Source: Elusimicrobiota bacterium
GTDB taxonomy: Bacteria > Elusimicrobiota > Elusimicrobia > UBA1565 > UBA9628
Direction of reading: 5' to 3'
DNA: 64,000 nucleotides
Assembly (NCBI GenBank): GCA_016218545.1
Contig: JACRDQ010000040.1
Coordinates: forward strand, 18,436-82,435
Shown: one piece after another, positions 29,921 to 40,037 of the stretch
Layout of the letters: each line of letters begins with the position of its first letter
How positions within the stretch are numbered: the stretch's first letter is position 1
Made by a program: the position numbers and the translations under genes
The notes under the pieces: model-generated
What the model was told of the DNA's origin: nothing
Database searches by the model: none
Seen by the model: the letters and a program-made list of their open reading frames with translations, nothing else

Positions 29921-31260
29921 GCGCGGCCATGGAGGCGGATCGGTCGATGGTCTATCGCTACGAGGCGGTCTTCAGCGTCTTCATGGCCGCCGTGGCCTAC
30001 TTGTGGAGGGAGAACGCCGGGCTCGTGTACCCGGACATCCTCTACCTTTTCGCGGCCATCATGGCCCTGAACCTGGCCGCCGGCCGGGCCCTGAGGCTAT
30101 GGCCCGCCATGAGGTGGATCCCGGCGGTCTTCACCCTGGCCAATTGCGCGGCCATCGCCGCGGTGGTGGAACGGTCCGGAGGAGCGGACTCCAACCTGTG
30201 GGTCCTCTATCTGCTCCCGGTGTTCTCCGCCAGCAGCCTGCTGGGCGCCAGGGAAGCCGGCCTGGTGGCCGTGGGCACGCTCCTCTTCAGCAGCGCGCCG
30301 GCCCTGCTGTCCCAGCAAGGCCGCGGAGAGCTCGACGGCTTCCTCCTTCTCCTCAAGGACGGCATCCTGGCCTTCGCGGCCGCCGCGACCTGGTGGTTCG
30401 CCCAGCGAGAGCGCCGCGCCTTGGAGGACCTGCGCCGACAGCGGGGCGCGCTCCAGGACATGGAGAAGTCCCTGGTGGGAGAGCGCCGGAGGCTGGGGAC
30501 GACGGAGCGCCTGGCGGACGTCGGGCTCATGAGCGCCTGCGCCGCCCATGACCTCCGGAACGTCTTCGGGGTGATCCTGGGCTTCGCGGAGGTCGGGCTC
30601 AGGGCTCGGAACCTCCCGAACGAGGCCGAGCCGGACCTCAGGCGCATCCGGCATTCCGCGGAGCTGGGCTTGTCCATCGTCTCGGGCCTCGAGTCGTGGA
30701 GCCGCGACTGCGGTCCGGGCGACGAGGACTGCGACCTCAACGAGACGGTCGACCGAGCCGCGGGCGTGGCCGCCGAGATCTTCTCGCGGAAGGGAGCCGT
30801 CCTGCGCTTGCGACTGACCGACTGCCTGCCCGCTGTCCAGGGCAGGCCCGCGGACATCGAGAGGGTCTTCCTCAATCTCCTCGTCAACGCGGCGCGCGCC
30901 GCGGGCGAGGACGGGACGGTCACGGTCTCGACCTCCTTGATCGAGGGGCCCGGCGATCTCGCCTGCGTGAGCACGGTGGTGGAGGACGACGGTCCCGGCA
31001 TCCCGGATGAGATGATGGCCAGGCTGTTCAAGCCGTTCAGCACCGGGAACGCGGCGTCGGGCGGCACCGGACTGGGCTTGTTCTTGAGCTCCGCCATCGT
31101 CCAGCGGGCGGGCGGGGCCCTGTCGGCCGACAACAGGCCGGGGGGAGGAGCGAGGTTCACGGTGCGCATCCCGGTGCCGCCGGCGGGCGTCCGGGCCTGG
31201 CAGGAGCGCGGCCGCGGCTCGGCCGCAAGAGCGCGCAAGGAAGAGTTAATCAGAGGCTAA
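29917..31260 (+). CDS. Membrane sensor histidine kinase
   Basis: Its ATG overlaps the previous stop (ATGA). About 5 N-terminal helices, H-box AAHDLRNVFGVI, NLLVNAARA, DDGPGI and GTGLGLF. Confidence 0.85.
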   Translation: MSAAMEADRSMVYRYEAVFSVFMAAVAYLWRENAGLVYPDILYLFAAIMALNLAAGRALRLWPAMRWIPAVFTLANCAAIAAVVERSGGADSNLWVLYLLPVFSASSLLGAREAGLVAVGTLLFSSAPALLSQQGRGELDGFLLLLKDGILAFAAAATWWFAQRERRALEDLRRQRGALQDMEKSLVGERRRLGTTERLADVGLMSACAAHDLRNVFGVILGFAEVGLRARNLPNEAEPDLRRIRHSAELGLSIVSGLESWSRDCGPGDEDCDLNETVDRAAGVAAEIFSRKGAVLRLRLTDCLPAVQGRPADIERVFLNLLVNAARAAGEDGTVTVSTSLIEGPGDLACVSTVVEDDGPGIPDEMMARLFKPFSTGNAASGGTGLGLFLSSAIVQRAGGALSADNRPGGGARFTVRIPVPPAGVRAWQERGRGSAARARKEELIRG

Positions 31261-31288
31261 GCCGGAGCACGGTGGATCGGAGCATACT

Positions 31289-32041
31289 ATGAACATGAGC
31301 ATGGCGGGGATCGCGATCGCGGCGGCGTGCTGGGCGCCGGTCGTCTGCGCCTTGTGCGCGCCGGAGGCTCGGGCTGAGGGACGAAGGCGCGTGGCGGTCC
31401 TGCCGTTCGTCCCGTCCGACTCCTCCCATCCCAGGGAAGGGCAGAGCGTGGCGCTCGAGCTGAGCGGGAGCCTGAAGGCCGGCTATGAGGTCGTGACCCT
31501 GGATTGGTTCGCGCTCGCGGCGCTGATGGAAGAGCATGGGTTGGCCCGGTCCGCCCTCATGAAGCCCGAGACCCTGGCGGCGATCGGGATGGTCATGGGC
31601 GTCGACGGGGTCGTGTCCGGGAGATTCTCATCGACGGGATCGAAGACGACCGCGCTGCCGGTGATGGTGAGCGTGGCGACGGGGCGGGTGGCGGCGGGCC
31701 GCTCCGTGACCATCGCGCGTGACGAGGTCAGGGACGCGGTGCGGGAGTACGGGCCCTGCGAGGACGCGGCGGACCGGGTCGATGCCCTCGAACGCCGCAT
31801 CCTGGAGCTCAAGGCCAGGTATTGGGCGCTCCAGCTCGCCAGGGGCGTGGACATGCGGGGCCTGAAGTTCAACCCCGGCTCGACGATATCGGACCCGGCG
31901 CTCAAGCGGGAGTTCTACTCCAAGATGAAGGGGTGGACCCGGCAGCCGATCGTCCCGGAGCTTTCGCCCCTGGAGATCAAGGAGTTCGCCGAGACCGAGG
32001 AGAAGGCCGTCGCGCTGGCGCGGCGCTGCGCAATCATGTGA
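31289..32041 (+). CDS. Secreted protein, unknown function (CsgG/LpoB-like N-terminal pattern)
   Basis: Signal peptide, then VAVLPF....S..... and GVDGVVSGRF, a pattern seen in periplasmic scaffold proteins. The call is weak. Confidence 0.45.
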   Translation: MNMSMAGIAIAAACWAPVVCALCAPEARAEGRRRVAVLPFVPSDSSHPREGQSVALELSGSLKAGYEVVTLDWFALAALMEEHGLARSALMKPETLAAIGMVMGVDGVVSGRFSSTGSKTTALPVMVSVATGRVAAGRSVTIARDEVRDAVREYGPCEDAADRVDALERRILELKARYWALQLARGVDMRGLKFNPGSTISDPALKREFYSKMKGWTRQPIVPELSPLEIKEFAETEEKAVALARRCAIM

Positions 32042-32052
32042 GGGAGGTCGAT

Positions 32053-32427
32053 ATGAGAGACAGGATCCTGGTCGTTGACGACGACGCCGCGGTGCGGCGG
32101 ATCATCCGTAGGGTGCTCGAGCCCCTGGGCTACGAGGTCATCGAGATCGCGGACGGCGCGGACGCGGTCCTCATGGTCGAGACCTACCGGCCCCGGTTGG
32201 TCCTGCTGGACATCCACATGCCTCGTCTCGACGGCATCGCCGTGGCCGACGAGCTGTCGCAGGCGCACCCGGGCGTGGCCGTGGTCATGGTGACCGGGGA
32301 CGCCACGGAGCCGCGGGAGCAGCTCGCCCGCGAGCGCGGGGCGGCGGCGTTCCTGGCCAAGCCCTTTGAAAGCGACTCGCTCAAGCGCGTCGTCATGGAG
32401 AGCCTGCCTGCGTCCGCGGAATGCTGA
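32053..32427 (+). CDS. Single-domain CheY-like response regulator
   Basis: GAGGGAGG lies upstream of the ATG at 32053. ILVVDDD, LVLLDIHMPRLDG and AFLAKPF. Confidence 0.9.
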   Translation: MRDRILVVDDDAAVRRIIRRVLEPLGYEVIEIADGADAVLMVETYRPRLVLLDIHMPRLDGIAVADELSQAHPGVAVVMVTGDATEPREQLARERGAAAFLAKPFESDSLKRVVMESLPASAEC

Positions 32428-32531
32428 CGCCGCTCTTCTCGTCTTCCGTCCTGGTCTCCCGCGAGGCGGCACGCAGAAGCATGCCGCCTCGCGGGGGTCA
32501 TGGGGCCGAAAGGTGCTACAATCTCCACCCC

Positions 32532-32990
32532 ATGGCCGGAGAGCTCTACCTCGAGGACCTGAAACCCGGAGACCGGTTCCGCTCGGGCGCGGCTGTGGTC
32601 ACGGCGGAGCGGATCGTCTCGTTCGCCAGGGAGTTCGACCCCCAGGTCTTCCACCTCGACCATGAGGCGGCCAAGACGACCGTGTTCGGCGGGCTGTCCG
32701 CGAGCGGCTGGCACACGGCTTCGCTCACCATGAGGCTCTTCGTGGGCGAAGCCTTGAGGATGGCCGGAGGCGCGGTCGGACTCGGCGTGGACAAGCTCCG
32801 CTGGCACAAGCCCGTGCGTCCCGGAGACGTGCTCTCGGCCGAGGTCCTCATCCTCGAGAGCCGGGCGTCCAAGTCCCTAGCCGGCAAGGGCGTCATCCGC
32901 ATCCAGGTGACCACGGTCAATCAGGCCGGGGAGACCGTCCTCTCCATGGAAGCGGCCGCGCTCGTCAACAGGCGGCCCACGGTCTTCTGA
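32532..32990 (+). CDS. MaoC-like (R)-hydratase/dehydratase hot-dog protein
   Basis: Trimmed to the ATG at 32532. FAREFDPQVFHLD.EAA......GL.ASGWHT matches the MaoC dehydratase signature. Confidence 0.85.
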   Translation: MAGELYLEDLKPGDRFRSGAAVVTAERIVSFAREFDPQVFHLDHEAAKTTVFGGLSASGWHTASLTMRLFVGEALRMAGGAVGLGVDKLRWHKPVRPGDVLSAEVLILESRASKSLAGKGVIRIQVTTVNQAGETVLSMEAAALVNRRPTVF

Positions 32991-33080
32991 GGCCGGGTCC
33001 TCGAGAATTAAGGCGGACCTAAGTCCGAGTTGCTATCATAATAGGGTGCCCGTCTACCGCCTGACCGGGGGCCTGCGCGC

Positions 33081-35708
33081 ATGAACGTCCTCTCCAAGAC
33101 CGATCGGATTCTGCTGCTCAAGATCATCGCCTCCATCTTCGTCTTGGAGACCGTCGCGCACCTGCTGGCTCATCGTCTCCCGGGAGCCACGGACTCGGCT
33201 CTCTTGGACGCCCTTCTGATGGCCCTCCTGGGAACGCCGGTCTTCTGGTTCTGGGTCCTCCGCGAGCAGAAGGCGCAGGCCGACCTGCGCAGGTCCACCC
33301 AGGAGAGCGAGGGCCGTTATCGCACCCTGGTGGAGAACCTCGGCACGATGGTCAGCCTCATCGGCAAGGACTTCCGCATCGCCATGGTCAACGCCGAGGG
33401 CGGGCGGGTGTTCCGCAAGGCCCCGGCCGTCCTCGCAGGCAAGGAGTGCTTCCGCGAGTTCGAGAAGAGAGACGCCGTCTGCCCGCACTGCCCCGGCAAG
33501 AAAGCGATGGAGACGGGCCGGCCCTGCGGCGTCGAGACCATAGGAGTCCGGGACGACGGCACGCGATTCGAGGTCAGGGTCAACGCCTACCCCTGCTTCG
33601 ACGCCGGCGGGGAGGTGTCGGGCTTCATCGAGCTGGTGGAGGACCTGACCGAGTCCAAGGCGGCGCAGAGAGCGCTGCGCGAGAGCGAGGAGCGCTTCCG
33701 CGGCGTCGTGGACAACATCGAGGTCGGAGTAGCCCTTCTCAGCCCGAACATGGAGATACTCTCTCTCAACAAGAGGATGCGCGAGTGGTTCCCTCATATC
33801 GACGTCGGCCGCCGTCCCGTCTGCTACCGCAGCTACAACACGCCTCCCCGCGACGAGGTCTGCTCTTATTGCCCGGTCGTCAAGACCCTCGCCGACGGGG
33901 AGGTGCACGAGTCGGTGACCGAGACCCCCACCCCGGCGGGGATCGTCAACTACCGCGTCATCGCGTCTCCCCTCAAGGACGCCGGAGGCGGGATCCTGGG
34001 CGTCATCGAGCTGGTCGAAGACGTCACCCAGGAGCTCAAGGAGGGGGCGCGGCTCCAGGCCGACCTGCTCCGCCGCTCCAGGCTCAACGAGCTGCTGCGG
34101 CTGTCCCTCGAGCCGGTGCCGACGGCCCAGAAGCTCGAGAGGATGCTCGGGTGCGTGCTCTCGACCCCATGGTTCGCGGTCGAGAGGAAGGGGTGCGTCA
34201 TGCTGCGGGAAGGCTCGGCCCTGAGGATGGCGGCGCAGATCGGCCTCTCCGACCCCATCCGGGCCGAGTGCGCGCTGCTGCCGCTGGGGCGCTGCCTCTG
34301 CGGCCGCGTCGCCGAGTCCGGCGAGGAGGAGATCACCGCGGAGCTCGACGAGCGCCACGAGGTCTCCTATCCCGGGATCGTTCCGCACGGCCACATGACC
34401 CTCCCGCTCAAGGGCGGCGGAGAGACGCTCGGGGTCCTGAACATGTACCTCCCGGCCGGCGCGAACCTGGACGCGGACCAGCGGGAGTTCGCGCGGGCGG
34501 CGGCAGGCATCATCTCCGGCGTGGTCCTCCTGGCCCGCTCCGAGGAGAGGCTCCTGCACGCGCTCAAGATGGACGCGGTGGGCAAGCTCGCCGGCGGCAT
34601 CGCCCATGACTTCAACAACATCCTGGCGGCCATCAAGGGCTATTCGGAGTTCCTGCTCAACTCCGTGGCCTCCGGCGATCCGCGCCACCAGGACCTCTTG
34701 GAGGTGGCCAAGGCCGCCGACCGCGGCGCGGGCCTCACCCGGCAACTGCTGGCCTTCAGCCGGCGCCAAGTCCTCTCCCCGCGGCCGGTCGACCTCAACG
34801 AGGTCATCCAGGGGTGCGCGAAGATGCTGAGCTGCCTGCTGGGGGCGGGCATCCGCCTGGAGCTGCGGCTGGAGCCCCCGTCCGCGGGGGTCGTCGTGGA
34901 CCAAGGCCAGATGGAGCAGTGCATCATGAACCTGGCTCTGAACGCGCGCGACGCCATGCCGGAGGGCGGGACGCTGACCATCGCCACGGCCAATCTCCCG
35001 GCGGGTTCGCGGGACGTCCGCGGCAAGGCCGCGGGACCGGTCGTCCTGCTTTCGGTCACGGACACCGGCACGGGGATGTCCGCGGACGTCCTCAGCCACA
35101 TCTTCGAGCCGTTCTTCTCCACCAAGCCGAAGGACAAGGGGACCGGCCTGGGCCTGGCCACAGTCTACGGCATCGTCAAGCAGAGCGGAGGCGACATCGA
35201 GGTCGAGAGCTCGCCCGGGAAGGGCTCGGTCTTCAAGGTGACCCTGCCGGCGAGCGCCGCGGAATGCGTCCCGGCCCAGCCGCCCGCCGCGGAGGCTCCC
35301 GCGCCCCTGGGCCGCGAGACGCTGCTCCTCGTCGAGGACGAAGAGGCGGTCCGAACCGTCGCCGAGAGGCAGCTCTCCGCGGCCGGCTACCGGGTGTTCT
35401 CCGCCTCCCAGGGCGAGGACGCTCTCAAGGTGCTCGACCGTCCCGAGACGCGGGTGGATCTGCTCGTCACCGACGTGATCATGCCCGGGCTGAGCGGGCC
35501 CGAGCTGGCCGCCGAGGCGCTGTCGCGGCGGCCCGGACTGCGGGTCCTCTACATCTCCGGCCACACCGGAGGAGCGCTGCTGGCCGACGACCTGCTCGAG
35601 GAGGGAGTCTGCCTGCTTCAGAAGCCGTTCTCGGCGGGCGCGCTGGCGGCCGAGGTGCGCAAGATCCTCGACGCGCCGCCCAAGCCCGCCCGCCCCGCCA
35701 AACCCTGA
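33081..35708 (+). CDS. Hybrid sensor histidine kinase (2 Cys-motif PAS, GAF, HisKA-HATPase, REC)
   Basis: [16 protein letters not shown]-box, [16 protein letters not shown] and GTGLGLA, with a C-terminal receiver [13 protein letters not shown]. Confidence 0.9.
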   Translation: MNVLSKTDRILLLKIIASIFVLETVAHLLAHRLPGATDSALLDALLMALLGTPVFWFWVLREQKAQADLRRSTQESEGRYRTLVENLGTMVSLIGKDFRIAMVNAEGGRVFRKAPAVLAGKECFREFEKRDAVCPHCPGKKAMETGRPCGVETIGVRDDGTRFEVRVNAYPCFDAGGEVSGFIELVEDLTESKAAQRALRESEERFRGVVDNIEVGVALLSPNMEILSLNKRMREWFPHIDVGRRPVCYRSYNTPPRDEVCSYCPVVKTLADGEVHESVTETPTPAGIVNYRVIASPLKDAGGGILGVIELVEDVTQELKEGARLQADLLRRSRLNELLRLSLEPVPTAQKLERMLGCVLSTPWFAVERKGCVMLREGSALRMAAQIGLSDPIRAECALLPLGRCLCGRVAESGEEEITAELDERHEVSYPGIVPHGHMTLPLKGGGETLGVLNMYLPAGANLDADQREFARAAAGIISGVVLLARSEERLLHALKMDAVGKLAGGIAHDFNNILAAIKGYSEFLLNSVASGDPRHQDLLEVAKAADRGAGLTRQLLAFSRRQVLSPRPVDLNEVIQGCAKMLSCLLGAGIRLELRLEPPSAGVVVDQGQMEQCIMNLALNARDAMPEGGTLTIATANLPAGSRDVRGKAAGPVVLLSVTDTGTGMSADVLSHIFEPFFSTKPKDKGTGLGLATVYGIVKQSGGDIEVESSPGKGSVFKVTLPASAAECVPAQPPAAEAPAPLGRETLLLVEDEEAVRTVAERQLSAAGYRVFSASQGEDALKVLDRPETRVDLLVTDVIMPGLSGPELAAEALSRRPGLRVLYISGHTGGALLADDLLEEGVCLLQKPFSAGALAAEVRKILDAPPKPARPAKP

Positions 35709-35776
35709 TCAGTCCCAGCCCCGGCCGCAAGGCTCCCTAAGCCCACCGGGCTTTCATATAATCATGGCCTCCGACC

Positions 35777-37711
35777 ATGAGCTTTGGATTGGCGCTCACC
35801 GGCCTTCACGCCGCGGTCCTCCTGACGGCGGCCGCGGCCGCTGTCGTGGGTTCCGGACGCAGGGCCCTCTCCCTGCTCGGCATCACGGACGCCGCCGGAC
35901 CTGAGAGGACTTGGGCCGGCGCCAGCCTGGGCCTGGGTTTCTTGAGCATCGGGACCATGGGCCTGGCGTTCCTCGGCCTGCTCAAGGTCTGGCCGGCCGC
36001 GCTCCTCCTGGCAGGGCTCCTCGTCTGGGGCCGGCCTGAGCTCAAGCCGGCGCTGCGCGAGGTCCGGGGCCCCTGGGAGGCTCCGGCCTGCCTCGCCGCT
36101 GCCTGCGCGTGGGGCCTGGCCTTGTGGTGGGTCTGCCTCATGCCCCCGCATCAGTACGACTCCCTGGTCTACCATCTCGCCCTGCCCGAGACCTATGTCC
36201 GCGAAGGAAGGCTCGTCTCTCCCAGCCACCTCCTCTACTCGCATTTCCCCCAGAACGGCGAGATGCTCTTCTCTTTGGCCCTGCTCCTGAAGAGCGACGC
36301 CCTGGCCCAGATGTTCATGTGGCTCTCCACGGTCCTGTGCCTGGGCTGGGTCTTCGCGGCGGTCAAGCGCGAGCTCGGGCCGGGTCCCGCCTGGCTGGCC
36401 CTGGGTCTGGCAGGCACGCACACGGCCCTCATGCTCCTGGCCGCCATCACCTATGTCGAGCCTCTGGTGATGCTCTGGACCTGCTCCGCGGTGCTGGCGT
36501 GCTGGCGTTGGCTGGCTGACTCTCGGAACGGACAAGGGGCGAAGAGCTGGCTGCACCTCTCCGCCGTGTTCTCGGGCCTCGCCCTGGGTACGAAATACAC
36601 GGCCGGCGCCACCGCGGGGCTGCTCGCGCTGACAGCGCTCATCAGGCCGTTCTTGGCCCAGGAGGGGAAGACGGCATGGAAGCAGGGTCTCAAGGACAGC
36701 GTCCTCTACTCCTCGATCGTGCTGGCCCTGTTCCTGCCCTGGCTCGTCAAGAACTCCCTGGTCATCGGCAATCCCGTGTTCCCGTTCCTGTATTCCTGGT
36801 TCCCCATGACAGGGTCGGGCTGGGGGGCTGAGACGGCCCAGCGCTACTTCCGCATCCTCGCCGAATACGGGCACGGCGAGAGCTGGCTCAAGGATCTCGT
36901 GACCTTGCCTTATCAACTCCTGTTCCGGTTCAGCCGCTACGGCGGGGGCATGGATGTGCTCGGCTGTCTGGGCTGGACCCCGGTCCTGGCGGCCGGCGTT
37001 CTGGCGCTGTGGCCCGCTCTCAAGGCGGGAGCCTGCCCCGGCCCCGAGCCTTCAAGGACCAGGAGCTTCCTGCGGTTCGTCCTGGTCTACTGCGGCCTGC
37101 ACTTCCTGATCTGGTTTGCGACGGGCACGGTGCTCCGTTTCCTGACCGCGGCGGCGCCTTTGCTGGCCTTGCTGGCCTCAGCCGGCCTCTCAGCGGTCTG
37201 GAACGCATCCAGCCGGGTCCCCAGGTTCCTGATCGCGGGCTTGGGCATCGCGCTCACCGGCGTGAACCTGGGGTATTTCCTCTTCGTCCACCGGGTGCTC
37301 GAGACCGACAGGGTCCTGCTGGGGCGCGAGACCAGGGAGGCTTACCTGGAGCGGAGGCTGGACTACTATGCCTGCGCTTCCTGGTGCCGGGAGAGCCTCG
37401 GCCCAAATGATAGAATCCTCCTCGTGGGTGAGCAGAGGGCCTATTATCTGGGCAAGGACCACGTCGCGTCCACGGTCAATGCTCCCAACCATTGGGTCGC
37501 GCTGGCTGAGGAAGCGGCAAGCCCTGAGGACTTGTCCGCCAAGCTCAAGGCCGAAGGCCTGACCACGGTGCTCTTCGTGCCAGGGGAGATGGCGCGGCTC
37601 TTCCCGGCCCTGGGTCCCCTGACCGAGAGGGGGCTCGCGAACCTGGCCGGCCTGCCTGGGAGCGGGAAGCTCAAGTTCCAGGGCCGCCGCTGCGGGGTGT
37701 TCTCCTTGTGA
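35777..37711 (+). CDS. GT-C fold membrane glycosyltransferase candidate with large C-terminal domain
   Basis: 644 aa and polytopic. The first loop is HQYDSLVYHLALPETYV...FPQNGEM. TATAAT lies 14 nt upstream of the ATG. Confidence 0.55.
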   Translation: MSFGLALTGLHAAVLLTAAAAAVVGSGRRALSLLGITDAAGPERTWAGASLGLGFLSIGTMGLAFLGLLKVWPAALLLAGLLVWGRPELKPALREVRGPWEAPACLAAACAWGLALWWVCLMPPHQYDSLVYHLALPETYVREGRLVSPSHLLYSHFPQNGEMLFSLALLLKSDALAQMFMWLSTVLCLGWVFAAVKRELGPGPAWLALGLAGTHTALMLLAAITYVEPLVMLWTCSAVLACWRWLADSRNGQGAKSWLHLSAVFSGLALGTKYTAGATAGLLALTALIRPFLAQEGKTAWKQGLKDSVLYSSIVLALFLPWLVKNSLVIGNPVFPFLYSWFPMTGSGWGAETAQRYFRILAEYGHGESWLKDLVTLPYQLLFRFSRYGGGMDVLGCLGWTPVLAAGVLALWPALKAGACPGPEPSRTRSFLRFVLVYCGLHFLIWFATGTVLRFLTAAAPLLALLASAGLSAVWNASSRVPRFLIAGLGIALTGVNLGYFLFVHRVLETDRVLLGRETREAYLERRLDYYACASWCRESLGPNDRILLVGEQRAYYLGKDHVASTVNAPNHWVALAEEAASPEDLSAKLKAEGLTTVLFVPGEMARLFPALGPLTERGLANLAGLPGSGKLKFQGRRCGVFSL

Positions 37712-38742
37712 GCGTCCAGGAGCTCTACATCCTTTCCGTGGCCGCGGCCATGAGCCTCTCGTTCATGGCCACGCCCCTGGTGCGCGAGCTGGCCCTGCGC
37801 CTGGGCTGGATGGACGCTCCGAGCTCAGCGGTCAAGACCCACAAGGTCTCGACGCCTTGCGTGGGCGGCATCGCCATCTTCCTCGCGTTCGCGGCGACCC
37901 TGCTCCTGCTGAGACTCTTCACGCAGTTCCCGACCGGCACCCTGCGGAGCCTGCGCGGCCTCCTCCTGGGAGGGAGCTTCATCTTCATCATCGGGCTCCT
38001 GGACGACGTCACCAAGCCCCACGGCCTGCATTATAAGCTCAAGTTCGCGGCTCAGCTCGCGGCAGCGGCGGCGCTCATGTACTACGGCATCCGCATCAAG
38101 TTCGTGAGCCCCGATTACCTGGGCTTCTGCCTGACCCTGCTCTGGGTCGTGGGCATCACCAACGCCTTGAACATCATCGACATCATGGACGGCCTGGCCG
38201 CCAGCCAGGCGGCCATCGCGGCCCTGGCCTTCCTGATGATCTCCCTGCCCTCCGAGGAGCTCTACGTGAACTTCGCCTCAGCCGCCCTGGCTGGCGCCGC
38301 CCTGGGCTTCCTGCCCTGGAATTTTTCGTCCAACAGGAAGATGTTCATGGGCGATTCGGGGAGCATGACCCTCGGGTTCGTGTTGGCCGCCATCGCCATG
38401 GGGACCAAGTACTCGGAGATCAACAACCTCGGGGTCTACGCCCCGCTCTTCATCCTCTTCGTGCCCATGTTCGACACCCTCTTCGTGATGTTCCTGCGCA
38501 TCCGGGCCGGGCACTCCCCTTTCCTCGGCTCCAAGGACCACTTCGCCCTGCGCCTGGAGCAGACCGGGTTCTCGCGGCACGCCGTGGTGGCCATGGCCGC
38601 CGCGGCAGCCGTGTTCCTGGGCTTCTGCGCCTGGGTCGTCACGCAGATCTCCCTGGTGTGGGCCCTGTGCGTCTACGGCGTGGTGGGACTGTGGGTCTTC
38701 ATGCTCAGCCGGCGTTTGGCCCGGGTCGAGATGCGGCCATGA
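37708..38742 (+). CDS. Polyprenyl-phosphate sugar-1-phosphate transferase (MraY/WecA family, GT4-type)
   Basis: The GTG overlaps the previous stop. LLDDV, NALNIIDIMDGLA and MGDSGSMTLGF are MraY/WecA superfamily motifs. Confidence 0.85.
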   Translation: MSVQELYILSVAAAMSLSFMATPLVRELALRLGWMDAPSSAVKTHKVSTPCVGGIAIFLAFAATLLLLRLFTQFPTGTLRSLRGLLLGGSFIFIIGLLDDVTKPHGLHYKLKFAAQLAAAAALMYYGIRIKFVSPDYLGFCLTLLWVVGITNALNIIDIMDGLAASQAAIAALAFLMISLPSEELYVNFASAALAGAALGFLPWNFSSNRKMFMGDSGSMTLGFVLAAIAMGTKYSEINNLGVYAPLFILFVPMFDTLFVMFLRIRAGHSPFLGSKDHFALRLEQTGFSRHAVVAMAAAAAVFLGFCAWVVTQISLVWALCVYGVVGLWVFMLSRRLARVEMRP

Positions 38743-40037
38743 ACACCGACGTCCTCGTCATCGGAGGGGGCTTGGCAGGGCTCTCCACGGCTTTCCACCT
38801 CCGGAGGTCCGGGCTTTCGTGCCTGGTGGCCGAGGCCCAAGACAAGGTCGGCGGCCTGGCAGCCTCGGAGCGCGTGGACGGCTTCACTTTCGACCGGACC
38901 GGCCACCTCCTGCACCTCCATGACCGCTACGGCGCGGGACTCGTGCGCTCGGTCCTGGGGAGCAACCTCGCCGAGCATCGGCGGGACTCGGCGATCCGAT
39001 CCTGCGGGGTGGAGACGCGCTACCCGTTCCAGGCCAACACCTTCGGTTTGCCGTCCAGGGTGGTGGAGGACTGCCTGGCGGGATTCCTCGAGACCGTGCA
39101 TTGGCCCGAGCGCCCCAAGGACGACTCCTTCCGGGCATGGTGCCTGGCCCAGTTCGGGTCCGGGATCAGCAGGCATTTCATGCTCCCGTACAACGAGAAG
39201 GTCTGGAGGAGGCCGCTTTCGAGGATCAACACCGAGTGGCAGGGCCCGTTCGTGCCTAAGCCCAAGGCGGGGGAGGTCCTCTGCGGCGCGCTGATGGACC
39301 AGACCAAGGCCTTCGGCTACAACGCGGCGTTCCTCTATCCCATGCGCGGCGGCATCCAGCCCCTGGCCGACGGTTTGGCCGGGCGCCTGCGGCCAGGACA
39401 GGTGCTCTTGTCCTCTCCGGTGACCAAGGTGGACCTCGGGTCCCGGATCGCCGAGATCTCCGGGAAGGGGGAAGTGCGCTTCAAGCGCCTGGTGAACACC
39501 GCCCCCCTGCCGGCGTTCCTGGACATGGCGACCGGCCTGCCCGGAGCGGTGCGCTCGGCGGCCAAGCGCCTCCGCCACAACAGGGTCCTGTGCCTCAACC
39601 TCGGGGTCCAAGGCCATGTCTCCGACCGGCACTGGATCTATTTCCCGGAGAAGGAGTTCCCGTTCTATCGCGTGGGTTTCGCCAGCAATTTCTCCCCGCA
39701 TGTGGCTCCCAGGGGCGCCAGCTCGCTCTACATCGAGGCGAGCAGGAGGCCTGAGGAGTCCGTGAGCTTCCCCGCCCTGGAGCGGCAGTATCTCGTGGGG
39801 CTCCGGCGCTGCGGCCTGCTCAAGTCCTCGCACCGCATCCTGGCCAAGCAGTGGGTGCCCATCGACTACGGGTACGTGGTCTATGACCGGGACCGCGGTC
39901 CGGCCCTGGCGACCATCTTCGCCTGCCTCAGGAAGGCCCGGGTCGAGTCCATCGGCAGGTACGGAGCCTGGAAGTACTCGTTCATGGAAGCGGCGATCCT
40001 GGACGGCAAGGCGTGCGCGGAGAGGCTCAGGAAGTGA
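38739..40037 (+). CDS. FAD-dependent amine-oxidase-fold protein (UDP-galactopyranose mutase / protoporphyrinogen oxidase-like)
   Basis: The ATG overlaps the previous stop (ATGA). It has a VLVIGGGLAGLS dinucleotide-binding motif. The YPMRGG and GRYG.WKY elements resemble Glf-like flavoenzymes. Confidence 0.7.
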   Translation: MNTDVLVIGGGLAGLSTAFHLRRSGLSCLVAEAQDKVGGLAASERVDGFTFDRTGHLLHLHDRYGAGLVRSVLGSNLAEHRRDSAIRSCGVETRYPFQANTFGLPSRVVEDCLAGFLETVHWPERPKDDSFRAWCLAQFGSGISRHFMLPYNEKVWRRPLSRINTEWQGPFVPKPKAGEVLCGALMDQTKAFGYNAAFLYPMRGGIQPLADGLAGRLRPGQVLLSSPVTKVDLGSRIAEISGKGEVRFKRLVNTAPLPAFLDMATGLPGAVRSAAKRLRHNRVLCLNLGVQGHVSDRHWIYFPEKEFPFYRVGFASNFSPHVAPRGASSLYIEASRRPEESVSFPALERQYLVGLRRCGLLKSSHRILAKQWVPIDYGYVVYDRDRGPALATIFACLRKARVESIGRYGAWKYSFMEAAILDGKACAERLRK

